A stretch of 64,000 bases of DNA from assembly GCA_014905635.1 (NCBI GenBank), contig JABVCE010000011.1, positions 1,178,001 through 1,242,000 on the forward strand, in the 5' to 3' direction. This document shows, piece after piece, positions 27,226 through 38,091 of this stretch. The translations under genes and the position numbers were made by a program. Source of the stretch: Scenedesmus sp. PABB004 (taxonomy: Eukaryota). Below the pieces are notes generated by a model. It saw only the letters and a program-made list of their open reading frames with translations. It did no database searches and was not told the DNA's origin. Each line of letters starts with the position of its first letter. Within the stretch, counting starts at the first letter, position 1.

Positions 27226-27674
27226 CCACTGGCACACGTCATCGCTGTCGGCGTCGCTGCCGCTGCCGTCGTCGCTGTCGCTGCCGCTGCCGTCGTCGCC
27301 GTAGCGCAGGCGGCTGCAGCGCTCGCTGGCGCCGCCCGAGGACGCGGCGGGCGCGCGCCGGCGCGCGGCGAGCACCGCGACGCCCAGCTGGTGCTTCGAG
27401 ACGCGCGACGCGCGGCGCGCGAGCTGCTCCTCCGGCGACAGCGCGAGCGCCGAGAGGTCGTGGATCGTGTCCTGCATGCGGCCGGCGCCGGCGGCGCGCC
27501 GGGTCAGGGCGGCGCCGGCGCGGGCGCCGTGGTGCGAGCGCCGCCGCGCGACAGCAGCGCGCCGCTCACGTCCCACTCGGGCTGCACGAGCAGCGCGCCA
27601 CCGTCGCTGCGGCGCCGCGGCCGCGCCGAGGCCGGCACGGTGTAGCGCGGGCGCCAGCCGTAGGTGATGCGCAT
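25793..27674 (-). CDS. SPICE1-like (spindle and centriole-associated) coiled-coil protein; 3' exon structure uncertain
   Basis: Spliced QPEWD|DTIHDLSALALSPEEQLARRASRVSKH resembles the SPICE1 N-terminal motif; coiled coil LAASQAQLQELRDEYRSYVAHSSTLLTRLQAQLQQL. Confidence 0.55.
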
Positions 27675-28140
27675 GGCGGCGGAGAGGCTGGCGGCACCCA
27701 GCTGTCGCTGATGGCTTTGCGGCACAGCGGCCGGCGCGGCACCAGCAGCGGCCGGCAGCCGCTGCGGCACCACCCGGGTGATTTGGGACGCCAAGTTCGC
27801 CGCGGGGGAGGGGAGCGGCGGTGCGTGCGGCGAATCCCGCAGGCGGCGTGTTCGACAGCGGGCGCGCGGGTCAACAATGCTCCCCGGCGCTGCTTGCGGT
27901 TCCAAGAACTGGAAGCGGTCGGCAGCACCGTGGCGGACACCTGGGGCGCAGGCGAGCTCCAGGCCCGCGGGCAACGCAAAGCCCCGCGCGCCCGCTCGAG
28001 CGCCGCGCCGCCGCGCCGCTGCCGCCGCCGCCGAGCGCAGGGAGCCGGCTGGACAACGCCTCTGCCATGCCGCCGGGTGCTCGGCCTCGGTGATCAGCCG
28101 CACGCGCGCGGGGGAGGGCCAACCGCTTGCTCCCGGGCGA

Positions 28141-31100
28141 ATGGCGCGGGCCTGCGCCCTGGGGCGCCTGCGAGGAGCAGCGCTGGCGCTGCTCCTGGCC
28201 GTAGGCAGCGCTCATGCTGTTGTCGGGCCTGCGCCGGAGCTCGCTGGCATCCAGCGGGGGAGCAGCAGCAGCAGCGGGCGCGGTCTGCTGTCGTCGTGCG
28301 ACAGCGGCTCCTTCCCAGCGCTCAAGCCGGTGCGCTCCAGGGCGGGCGCTGCCCTCGCTCTTTCCCGGACGCAGCTCGCTCGCTCACGCCGCGCCGCGCG
28401 GCGCGGCGCGCAGACGTACCTGGAGTCGAAGGTCGCGGGCGTGGAGTGGGCGGGCGCCGACGACATGGTGCGCCGCGCCCGCCGCGCGCCCGGCCGCCGC
28501 CGCCGCCGCCGCCGCTGCCGCCGCCGGCGGCGCGCAGCCGCGGGCGCCGCCGCCGCGCCCTCACGGGCGGGCGCCCGCGCGACGCCGCGCGCCGTGCGTT
28601 TGCAGCACGTGTTTGTGATCACCGTCAAGGCCGCCATCTGGCGCTCCACCGACGGCGGGTCCACGTTTGAGGACGTCACGGAGCGCTTCAACAGTGCGCC
28701 GCCCCGCGCCGGCAGCCCCGCGCCCGCGCACGCGCCGGGAGCGCCCCGGCGGCGGCGGCGCCGCGGCGCCGACGCACGTCGCCGCCGCCGCCGCCGCCGC
28801 AGGCTCGATCAAGGGCGAGGAGCCGGTCGGCGTGACGCAGATCCTGAGCCACAGGACCAGCCCCAACCTCATGCTCTTCGTGAACGCCGGCGAGTACATG
28901 TGGTGCGTGGTGTGATGCTTGGTGCCCTGCCGCGGCCGCTGCCGCAATGCGCTGCGACTTGGGCTGACTTGACTTGACCAGCCCAGGCGCACGCACGGCG
29001 CGGGCCGCTGCTGCCTCACGCGCGCACGTGCCGCCGCCGCGCAGGACGAGCAAGGACTACGGCGAGACGCTGACGCCGCACAAGAACCCGGGCGGCTTCC
29101 GGGGGATCGGCGCGACGCTCAAGCCGCACCCCACGCGCCCCGACTGGGTGCTCGCGCACGCGAAGCGCCCCGGCTGCAAGCTGCTGGACGAGGTCGAGAT
29201 GCGCTGCGCGGCAGACCTGCTCGTCTCGCAGGTGTGGCGCGCGCGCGCCGGCGGCGGCGGCGGAACGGGGGCAGGGGTGGCGTTCAGGGCGGCGCGTGGC
29301 GCGCGCCCCTCCGGCCCGCCGCTCACGGCCGCGCGCGGCCGCTGCCGCGTCTGCTGCGCGCAGAACGCGTTCACGGACCTCACCTGGACCAACCTGACGG
29401 CCAACGCGGCGGGCAAGGTCGCGGGGTTTGTCGACTGGGGCTGGGGCGGGTCGTCGTGCCGCAAGACCAGCTGCGACGGGCTGGGGCTGTCGGAGCAGAC
29501 GGTCTTTGCGACAATGTACGCCCACCCGGGCGACTGGGACATGGCGTGGGACCCGGACGTGCACTTTGTGCGCAGCGATGACTGGTTCAAGACCATCGCC
29601 ATACAGGCGCGGCGGCGGCCTGCGCGGCATGGCAGGGCCAGCGCGGTGGCGGCCGGCGCGGCGCGGCAGGGCCAGCGCGGCGCGGCGGCGCCGGGGCCGA
29701 GCCCCCGCCGCGCCTGCCCGCCCGCCCGCCCACCCGCGGTGCCCGTCCCCCGGCCCGCCGGCCGCGCAGGTGCCGTGCGGGAACCAGTTTGAGCTGCTCG
29801 GGCGGCAGGTGTACCTGGCGGTCAGCAACAAGTGCCCAAAGGACATGGACGGCAAGCCGCGCGCGGTCGACCCCGCCGGCCCGCCCGGCATCACGCTGCA
29901 CACGAGCGACGACGGCGGGCACAGCTTCAAGGCCGCCTGCCTGCCCGTCGCGCTGCGGGTGCGGCGGCGGCGGCCGCCGCCGCCGCGCGCCCCGCCCCGC
30001 CGGGGCGCTGCCCGTCGCCCGCCCGCTCCCTCGCGCGCACGCCTGCACACTCTCTCACACACTCTCACACACTCTCTCTCACACTCACTCTCACACTCTC
30101 TCACGCTCTCTCTCACGTACCCGCGCGCGCAGCAAGAGGGCTACGAGCTGCTTGAGAGCCACGACATGACCGGCGCGGTGGTGATCGTGGACTACCTGGT
30201 CAAAACACACATGGGCAGCATGCAGGCGCGCGCCGCGCGCCGCGCGCGGGGGCGGGGCCGGGCGGGCGGGGGACCGGGGAGGGGACGGCCGGGCCGCCGC
30301 CGGCGGGGCGCGGCGGGGGAGGGCGTGGACCGGCGGCGCGCCGGGGCGGGGCGCGGCGTGACGCGCCACGCAACGCGCCGCGTTGACGCGCCGCGCCGCG
30401 TGCACGCGCAGGCGAGCTCCGCGTACACCGCCGGCCCGCACCACGCGCTGTTCAGCCTCAGCCTGAGCAGCATTTACAAGCAGGACGTGCTCAGCGGCTC
30501 CACCGACTTCCTGCGCGTCGACGGCGTCCCGGTGCGCCCCCCGCCGGCCCCGCGTCCCTGTGCCCGCGCCCGCCCACGCGCCCGCCCACGCGCGCGCGTG
30601 CGCACGCGCCCTCCGCCGCGCCCTCCGCCGCGCCGCCGGCCGTCTCTCACCTCCCTCCCTCCCCCTCCCCCCTCGCCTGGCGCAGGGTGTGTTCATCGCC
30701 AACCAGCTCACCTCGATGATGGGCGGCGGCGGCGGCGGCATGGGCGGCGGCGGCATGGGTGGCGCGGCGGCGGCATGAAGGCCAAGCCCAGCGTGGCGAC
30801 GCAGATCACCTACAACGGCGGCGGCGCGTGGCAGCCGATCCGCGCACCGTTGCGCTTCAACTTCCAAAAGTGCGACCGCTGCGGCGGCGCCAAGGAATGC
30901 AGCCTGCACCTGCACGGTGCGGCGGCGGCGCGCCAGCGGCGCCGCGCGCCGCGCCCCTCGCGCCCCTCGCGCCCCTCTCTCCCTCCCCTCCCCTCCCGTC
31001 CGCGCCGTCCTCTGCACCCGCCCGCCCGCCCACGTGCCGCCGCCGCCCGGCCCCGCGCCGCCGCCGCGCTGCCCGCTCCTCGCACCCAGGCGCGTCGAGC

Positions 31101-32301
31101 TGGTTCTTCGGGGCCATCCAGTTCCCCAGCGTCTACTCCAGCCCCAGCGCGCCGGGGCTGCTCGTCGGCAGCGGCAACGTCGGCGGCGAGGGCGTCGGCC
31201 TCGACGACAACGACGGGTGACCGCCACGCGCGCCAGCGGCCAGCGCCAGCGCCGCGGCGGCGCCAGCGCCAGCGCCGCGCCCGCCGCGGCGGCGGCCGCC
31301 TGCCGCCCGCCGCCCCCGGCCGGGCCCGGCCCGGCCCGCCACCCGCGCTCGCACGCCTGGCGCGCCCCCGCGGCGCCTCCCGCGGCCGACCTGCCCCTCT
31401 CCCGTCACCCTGCCCGCCGCCGCACCCGCCGCACCCGCACCCGCGGCGCAGGCTGTGCACGTGGCTCTCGTTTGACGGCGGCTTCACCTGGTCTGACATC
31501 GCTGAGGGCACGATGATCTATGAGTACGCCGACTGGGGCGGCCTCGTGGTCATGGCGCGGCACGAGCTCAGCGGCCCCGCAGACGAGGTGCGCGCGCGGC
31601 GGCGCGGCGCTGATGTGGCGGCCGGGCGCGGCGTGGCGCCGCCGGCGGCTGGGGCCAGCAGCGCCCGCGAGCGGCGGCCCGGCGCAGCGCTGCCGGCGGC
31701 GGCCCCCGCTGCGCGGCCGACGGTCCCCCCGCGCCGCGCCGCGCCGCGCCGCGCCGTGGGTGTGCCAGGTGCGGTTCAGCTACGACTACGGGCGCTGCTG
31801 GCGCAGCGTGCCGCTGGACGTTGCCCTGTACGTGGAAAACATCCGGTGCGCCGCCGCCGCGGCGCCGCGCCCGCGCGCGCACGGCCCCGCGCCCCGCGCG
31901 CGCACGGCCCCGCGCCCGCGCGCGCACGGCCCCGCGCCCCGCGCACGGCCCCGCGCCCCGCGCGCGCCTCCACGCCGCCCGTCGCCGCCGCCGCCCGCCG
32001 CCGCCCGCCGCCGCCCGCCGCCGCGCGCGCGCGCAGCATCGAGCCCGACGGCCAGCGCCCCAAGGTGCTGCTGCACGGCAAGGCGTGCCGCAGGAGCGCG
32101 CACCCCAAGTGCGCGTACGACGCGAGCGACACGCGCGCCGGCATACAGGGTATGGTCTACGCCCTCGACGTCTCACAGGCGCGCAGCCGCGCACACACGC
32201 GCACGCGCGCGCGCGGATGGGCCGCTGTGTTGAGGCCAGCCAGCCGCCCTCGCCCCGGCCCTCGCCCCGACCCCCGGCCCGCCCGCCTGCGCCGCCGCCG
32301 T

Positions 32302-32342
<41 letters not shown>

Positions 32343-33282
32343 AGGTCATGGGTGACAAGATGCCGCCGTGCGGCGCGGCCGACTACGAGCAGTGGACGCT
32401 GCCGGCCGACGACCACACGCCGCGCTGCCTTCTCGGTGCGGCGGCGCACGCGCGCACGCCCGCGCACCCCGCGCCCGCGCCCGCGCCCGCGCGGCGGCTG
32501 CTGAGCACTCAACCCCGCCGACGTCCGGCCGCGCCGCCGCAGGCGCGCAGCGCATGTTCACGCGGCGCAAGCAGGACGCGGTGTGCCTGCAGGGCGGCGC
32601 GTACGCGCGCCCGCCGCCGGCCAACACGACCTGCGGCTGCACGCCGGGCGACGTGGAGTGCGACTACGGCTTCGTCCCGTCGCCCGACGGCGCCTGCACG
32701 CCGCTGCCGCCGGTGCGCCGCGCCAAGCCGCGCCGCGCCGCGCCGCGCCAGGCCGCCGCCGCCGCTCGGCAAGCGATCAATATGATATCTCGCGCTCACG
32801 CGCCACCGCGTCCGCGTCCGCGTCCGCGTCCGCCGCCGCGTCCGCGCGCCGTCGGGCGCAGGAGAAGCTGAGCGGCTGCCCCACGATCGACGGCGGGGCC
32901 TACCACGTGTCGGCGAGCGGCAAGCGCCTCGTGCACGGCGACGTCTGCACCGGGCTCGGCGCGATCATACCCGACACCGACGGCAAGGGCGCGGTGCGCC
33001 CGGCGCGCGGCCCGCGCCGCAGCCGCACGCCGGCGGCGGCGGCGCGAGCGGCGGCCGCGGCGGCGGCGGCGGCGGCGGCGGCGCGGGCGGGGTGTTTGTG
33101 TGCCTCGTGCTGCTCGCGGTGCTCGGCGGCGGCCTGGGCGCGTGGTACCAGTTCGTGGCGTCGCCGAGCGCGCGCGCCCAGGCCGACGACGCGGCGTCGG
33201 CGGTCAAGGGCGTCGTGCTGAGCGTCGCGGGCCTCGTCGGCGACCGGCTCGCGGCGTGCCTCGGCCGCGGCGGCGGCGCGGG

Positions 33283-33313
<31 letters not shown>

Positions 33314-33465
33314 CGGGGCGCTACGCGGCGCTCAGCGACGAGGAGCTGAACTTCTTCCAGCCCCTCCCCGCGCCGCTCGCCGACGTGGGCGAGCTGCCGC
33401 CGCTGGGGCCGGGGCCGCCCGGCAGCGGCGGCGGCGGCGGCGGCGGCGTGTACACGCTGCGGTGA
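28141..33465 (+). CDS. VPS10: VPS10/sortilin-family sorting receptor; about 17 exons; about 3 apparent 1-nt frameshifts
   Basis: Signal peptide; BNR/Asp-box repeats (RSTDGGSTF, TSKDYGET, TSDDGGHSF, SFDGGFTW, SYDYGRCW); TQITYNGGGAW, CSLHLHG, APGLLVGSGNVG; 10CC module C..GDVECDYGF; TM helix and short cytoplasmic tail. Confidence 0.93.
30046..30116 (+). repeat. Mixed (CA)/(CT) microsatellite in a VPS10 intron
   Basis: Seen directly. Confidence 0.85.
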
Positions 33466-33555
33466 TCGGCGCGCGTGGGGGCGGGGGGCTGCGCGGCCGC
33501 GCGGGGGCTGGGCAGCCAGGCGGCGGGGCGTGCGTGCGAGCGCTGCGTCGGGCGT

Positions 33556-33560
33556 TGTAA
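33556..33560 (+). promoter_or_regulatory. TGTAA polyadenylation signal of VPS10
   Basis: About 90 nt downstream of the stop. Confidence 0.6.
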
Positions 33561-33926
33561 AGTAGCTCGGCGCGCCGCGGCCGGCCGCCGCCCGGCGCGA
33601 CGGCGTTCGCCGTTGGTGGTGGCTTACTCCGGTCCCGCGCCGCCCGCCGTCCCGCCGCCCCGCCCGCCAAGCCCCCGCCCACGTGCCCCGGCCGCCCGCC
33701 CGCCCGGTTGCCCGCCGCCGCCCCGCGCGGCTGCTGAGCCGCGCTGCCGGCGCCGTCCCGACCGAATCACGCGGGGCACGAGCCCCGCGCCGCCCACCCA
33801 GCTAGCCTGGGTGGTGGGCCGCCGGCCCCGCACGCACGCACGGCCGTGCCCCTCCCTAGCGGCCGGGCGCTGCGGCGCGCCGCTGCGCGCCGCGCGCCCG
33901 GCCGCCCCGCGCCGCGCCGCCGCTGC

Positions 33927-34772
33927 TCACTTGAGCAGCTTGAACAGCTTCGGCGCGACCTGCGCGCGGCGCGGCGGCCGGGGCGGCGCGGTCGGGCCCG
34001 GCGGCGGCAGCAGCAGCGGGGCGCCCGCACGGGCCGCCGCCCGCCGCGCCGCAGGCAGCGCTGCCGCGCCGCGGCCGAGGTTGGCTGCACGCGCCCCCGC
34101 TGCACGCCGCCGCCACTCACGCATTTGTCTACACACTTCCAGTAGTCAAACGCCCAGCCCGTGCAGTGCGCGTCGTCGTGGTCGGAGCTCTCGATGCGCT
34201 TAGCGCACTCCTGCGGCGGGGACGGCAGCGTGCGGCGTCGCATGCGGGGCCCCCGGGCGCCCGCGCCGCGAGCGCAGCTGCTGCCGCCGCCGCTGTCAGC
34301 CGCGCACCTGGTAGTTGTGCCACTCCTTGAGGCAGTCCACCTTGCACTCGTCCTCCAGCTGCGGCGACGCGGCCGCGCCGGCGGCGGCGGGCGGGCGGGC
34401 GGCGGCATGCGCTCAGCGCCGGCGGCGGCCAGCTGCGCCCGCCTGCCGGCCGCGCCGCCAGCCAGGCACGGCGCCGCGGCACCGCGCCCCAGCGGGCGGG
34501 GGCGGGCGGGCGGGCGGGCGTGGCGTCGATCTCGGCCGGCGCCCACCTGGGGCTTGGGGTCGTCCTCGGTGTACTCCACCCTGCGGGTTGCGTCGTGGGC
34601 GGTCGATCGCGCTCGTGAGAGCCCGCCCCGGCGCGGCGCAGGCCCTGGGCTGCCCGGGCGGGCGCCCTCCAACGCGCTGCTGCTGCTGGCCGCGCGGCCT
34701 CGCCGCCAGCGCGCGCGCCGGCGCCCGCGATTGTGCGGCTCGGGCGCGTGCGCGTCGCCGCCGGGCTCACAT
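33927..34772 (-). CDS. QCR6: Cytochrome b-c1 complex subunit 6 (hinge protein); 5 exons
   Basis: [69 protein letters not shown]. Confidence 0.95.
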
Positions 34773-35271
34773 GCTGCTCGCTGCGCGCAAGGCGAGGGCA
34801 GCAGCAGCAGCAGCTCCAAAAGCTCCTCCCTGCTCCGGCGCTGGCCTTTCAGACGCAACGAGACGCACGACGACGCGTGATCACTGCCCTGCGGGACCTG
34901 GCGTCGGCGGCCCGTCACAAGCCTCGACTTCCCTGAGCCCGCGCGGCCAGCGGCGGCCCTCCGGTGCCCCGCTATTCAGCTGGAGACCCCGCCGCCGCCC
35001 CGCCCGGCCGCGCAGTCAAGGCCAGACCCAGCGCCCCGCCACCGCGCCGCGCCGCCGCTGCCATCACGCGCCGCTGCCGACCGCCCGCCGCCGCCGGCAC
35101 ACCCCCAGCCGCGAGCCGGCGCGCCCCGATCCCGGCAGCCCCTCGCTCCGGCGCCGCACCCGGCCCCCGCAGCACGCGCGGCGGCGTCCCAGCGCCGCGC
35201 GGCGGCAGGCGCGGCGGCGCCGGCCCGAGGGGCGCAGCCCGCAGCGCGCCGGCGAGGCCCCCGGCGCCGCG

Positions 35272-35860
35272 ATGGGCGGCGAGGAGGACGCGACGGTGAA
35301 GGAGCCGCTCGACCTGATCAAGCTCTCGCTCGACGAGCGCATCTACGTCAAGTGCCGCGGCGAGCGCGAGCTCCGCGGCCGCCTCCACGTGCGGCGCCGC
35401 CGCGCCGCCCCGCCGCGCCGCGCCGCGCCACCGCGCCGCCGCACCGCGCGCCCGTCGCAATGCGCCCGCCCACGCCGCGCGCCCGCTGCCCGCCGCCGCG
35501 GCGGCCAGGCGTACGACCAGCACCTCAACATGGTGCTCGGCGAGGTGGAGGAGACGATCACGAGCGTGGAGATTGATGACGAGACGTACGAAGAGATCAT
35601 AAAGGTGCGCCCGGCGCGTGTGTGTGGGCGCATGGGCGGGCGTGTGTGGGCGTGTGGGTGTGTGGTGTGTGGGCGAGTGGTCGGGGCGGCGCGAGCGCGA
35701 GAGGCGCGGCGGCAAGAGCGGCGCCGGGCGCGCAGCCGCCCCACGCGCCCCGCCCGCGCGCGCCCCGCCGCGCCGCGCGCAGACCCAGAAGCGCAGCATC
35801 CCGTTCCTCTTTGTGCGCGGCGACACAGTCATCCTCATCAGCCCGCCGCTGCGCTCGTAG
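35272..35860 (+). CDS. LSM3: Sm-like protein LSm3; 3 exons
   Basis: [41 protein letters not shown]...|[18 protein letters not shown]. Confidence 0.97.
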
Positions 35861-36402
35861 CTGCGCGGCGCTCTCGAGGGCGCGGCGCGGCAGCGCGCGG
35901 CGGCGCGCGCAGCCGCTCTCGGCGCCCGTCGGGCCTGCGCGCTGGCTGCCTGGCGGCGCGCGGTGCGAGCGCGCCTGGTGCGGAGCGGGCGGGGGTAACC
36001 GAGTGGTGCTCGGTGCTTCCGACTGGGCTGTGGCCCGCCGCAGCCTCAGCTGGGGCGGGGGCGTCGTGCGGGAGCAGCGGCGCCCCCGCTACTGCCCTCC
36101 CTCTCTCCCACTGGCGTGCGCGTGCGTGCGCATGACAGTGGGCGCACAGCGCTGCCCGGCCGGATGGGGTGGTCGGTCGAGAGGCGGGGCCGTGTTACCC
36201 GGCAGCGCCGCGCCGCAGTGCGCGGCTGCTGCGGCGCGCGCACGCCCGTCCGCGCCCCGCCGGAACCAGCTGCTCCGCCCACCGCCCAAGCCCCCCGCGC
36301 TGCTGCTGCTCCCCGCGTCGCGGCGCGCGCGCGGCCGCGCGTCGCCGCGCAACGGCTGCTGCGCCGGCGCGCGCCGCCGCGCGCGCGCGTGCGTGCGGGG
36401 TC

Positions 36403-37797
36403 TCAGAACCGCAGCTTGGAGAAGAACCAGCGGTTCTTGCCGGACTTGAACTTCTCCTCAAACAGCTTCTTGGCCTCCTGCGCAGGCGCGGCAACGGACG
36501 GGCGACGCGCCGGGGCGGGGGCGCGGAGACGGCCCCGTGAGCGGAGCGCGCGCGGCGCGGGGCGCGTCGCGCGGGCGGCTGTGCAGGCGGCTGCGCGGGC
36601 GGCTGCGCGGGCGGCTGCGCGGGCGGCTGCGCGGGCGGGGGCGGGCGCACCTTGTTGGCGTCGACCTTCTTGCTCGCGTTGTCGACCGCCTCGGGCGTGA
36701 CGAGGCCCTTCAGCTCGACGTCGAGCGTGTAGCGCGTGGGCATCAGGTGGTTGTAGTTGACCACCTGGGCGTGAGCGTGCGCGTGTGTGTGGGGGGGGGG
36801 GGGGGGAGGGGCGTGGGCGCGGCGGCGGTGCGGGCGGCGCGGCGCGGCGCCGTGCGAGCGCGGCGCGAGCCCCCGGGGCCGCCTGCTCAAGAGCTGGGCG
36901 CGGCGCGCTGGCGCGGCTGCGGCGGCGACGTCGCGGCGGCGGCCCCGGCGGCGGCCCCGGCGACAGGCGGGCTTGCGGGCGGGCGGGGCGCACCTTGATG
37001 AAGGTCTTGACGCTGCTGCGGCGCGCCTGGACCTTGGCGCTGCTGCGCTTGGTCACCTGCGGCGGCGCGGGCGCGGCACGGCGGGGGTGAGCGTGCGGTG
37101 CGGTGCGTGGCGTGGCGTGCACGCCGCCGCTGCCCCGGCCACCACCGCTCCCGGCGCTGCCGCCGCCGCTGCAGCCGCAGCTGCTGCTCCCGCCGCTCCC
37201 GCTGCTGCCGCTGCCGCCGCTGCTGCTCCCGCCACTCCCGCTGCTGCCGCTCCGGCGCTGGCCGCTGCCGCGGGGCGCCGCCGCCGCGCCCCGACGCCGG
37301 CCGCTGCCGCCGCGCTCGCGCGCCGCCCGCCGCTGCCGCCGCCGGTGCTGCCGCCGCTGCAACCGCAGGCCGCGCCAGCCCGCAGCGCTCGGACGCTGCT
37401 CATGGCGCGGACCCAGGCCGCTGGACGCCGTCGCCGCTCGCTGCCGCCGCACGCCGTCGCACGCCGCTGCTGCTGCCGGCGGCGGCCGCCCGCGCGGCGC
37501 GCGCGCCGGCCCGCCCGCCCGCCCGGCGCGCGGCGCGGCGGCGCGGGGCGCACCTTGCGCGGCTCCTTGGACAGGCCGCAGACCAGGGCGTGGCCGTAGC
37601 CCCGCGCGTTGGTGCCATCATCGTGGTTCTTCACGATCACGGCCTTCTTGCCGGCATACCTGCCCGTGAGCAGGATCACCACCTTGCCGGGCTGCGGGGG
37701 GCGGGCGGCTGGGGGCTGAGGCGGGCGCGCGCGGGCGAGCCGCCGCAGGCGAGGCCGCGCCGCCCGCGGGCGCGCGGACCTTCAGGAACTTGACCAT
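36403..37797 (-). CDS. RPL27: 60S ribosomal protein L27 (eL27); 5 exons
   Basis: [27 protein letters not shown]...[16 protein letters not shown]...[13 protein letters not shown]. Confidence 0.98.
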
Positions 37798-38091
37798 CTT
37801 GCCGGTTGCGCGGTCCAGACAACGGCGCGCCAAAGGGCAGGGCGCGGCAAGCGCGGGCGCCTTGGCGGGCGCTCGGCCATCGCGGTTTAGCCAAGCTGCT
37901 GCTGCGAGCGTGGCCCCCGCCGCGCCGCGACAGGGCCTCGAGACGGCGAGGTGCGCGACGCTCGCCACGCACGCCCAGCGACGCCGCACACTCAGCGCCC
38001 GCAGCCACCGCGCGGCAGCACCTGGGCGGGTCTCCGCAGCCCGCGCCGCGGGGGCGCCCCCGCGTGGCCCCCCTGATCGGCGCCGGTGACC

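Noticed and set aside
32994..33022. Possible 29-nt GT-AG micro-intron restoring the VPS10 frame
   Set aside because: Far shorter than any other intron here and equally explained by a one-base deletion error
37057..37553. Longer RPL27 intron as a possible snoRNA host
   Set aside because: Mostly GCC/GCT low-complexity sequence with no convincing C/D or H/ACA boxes
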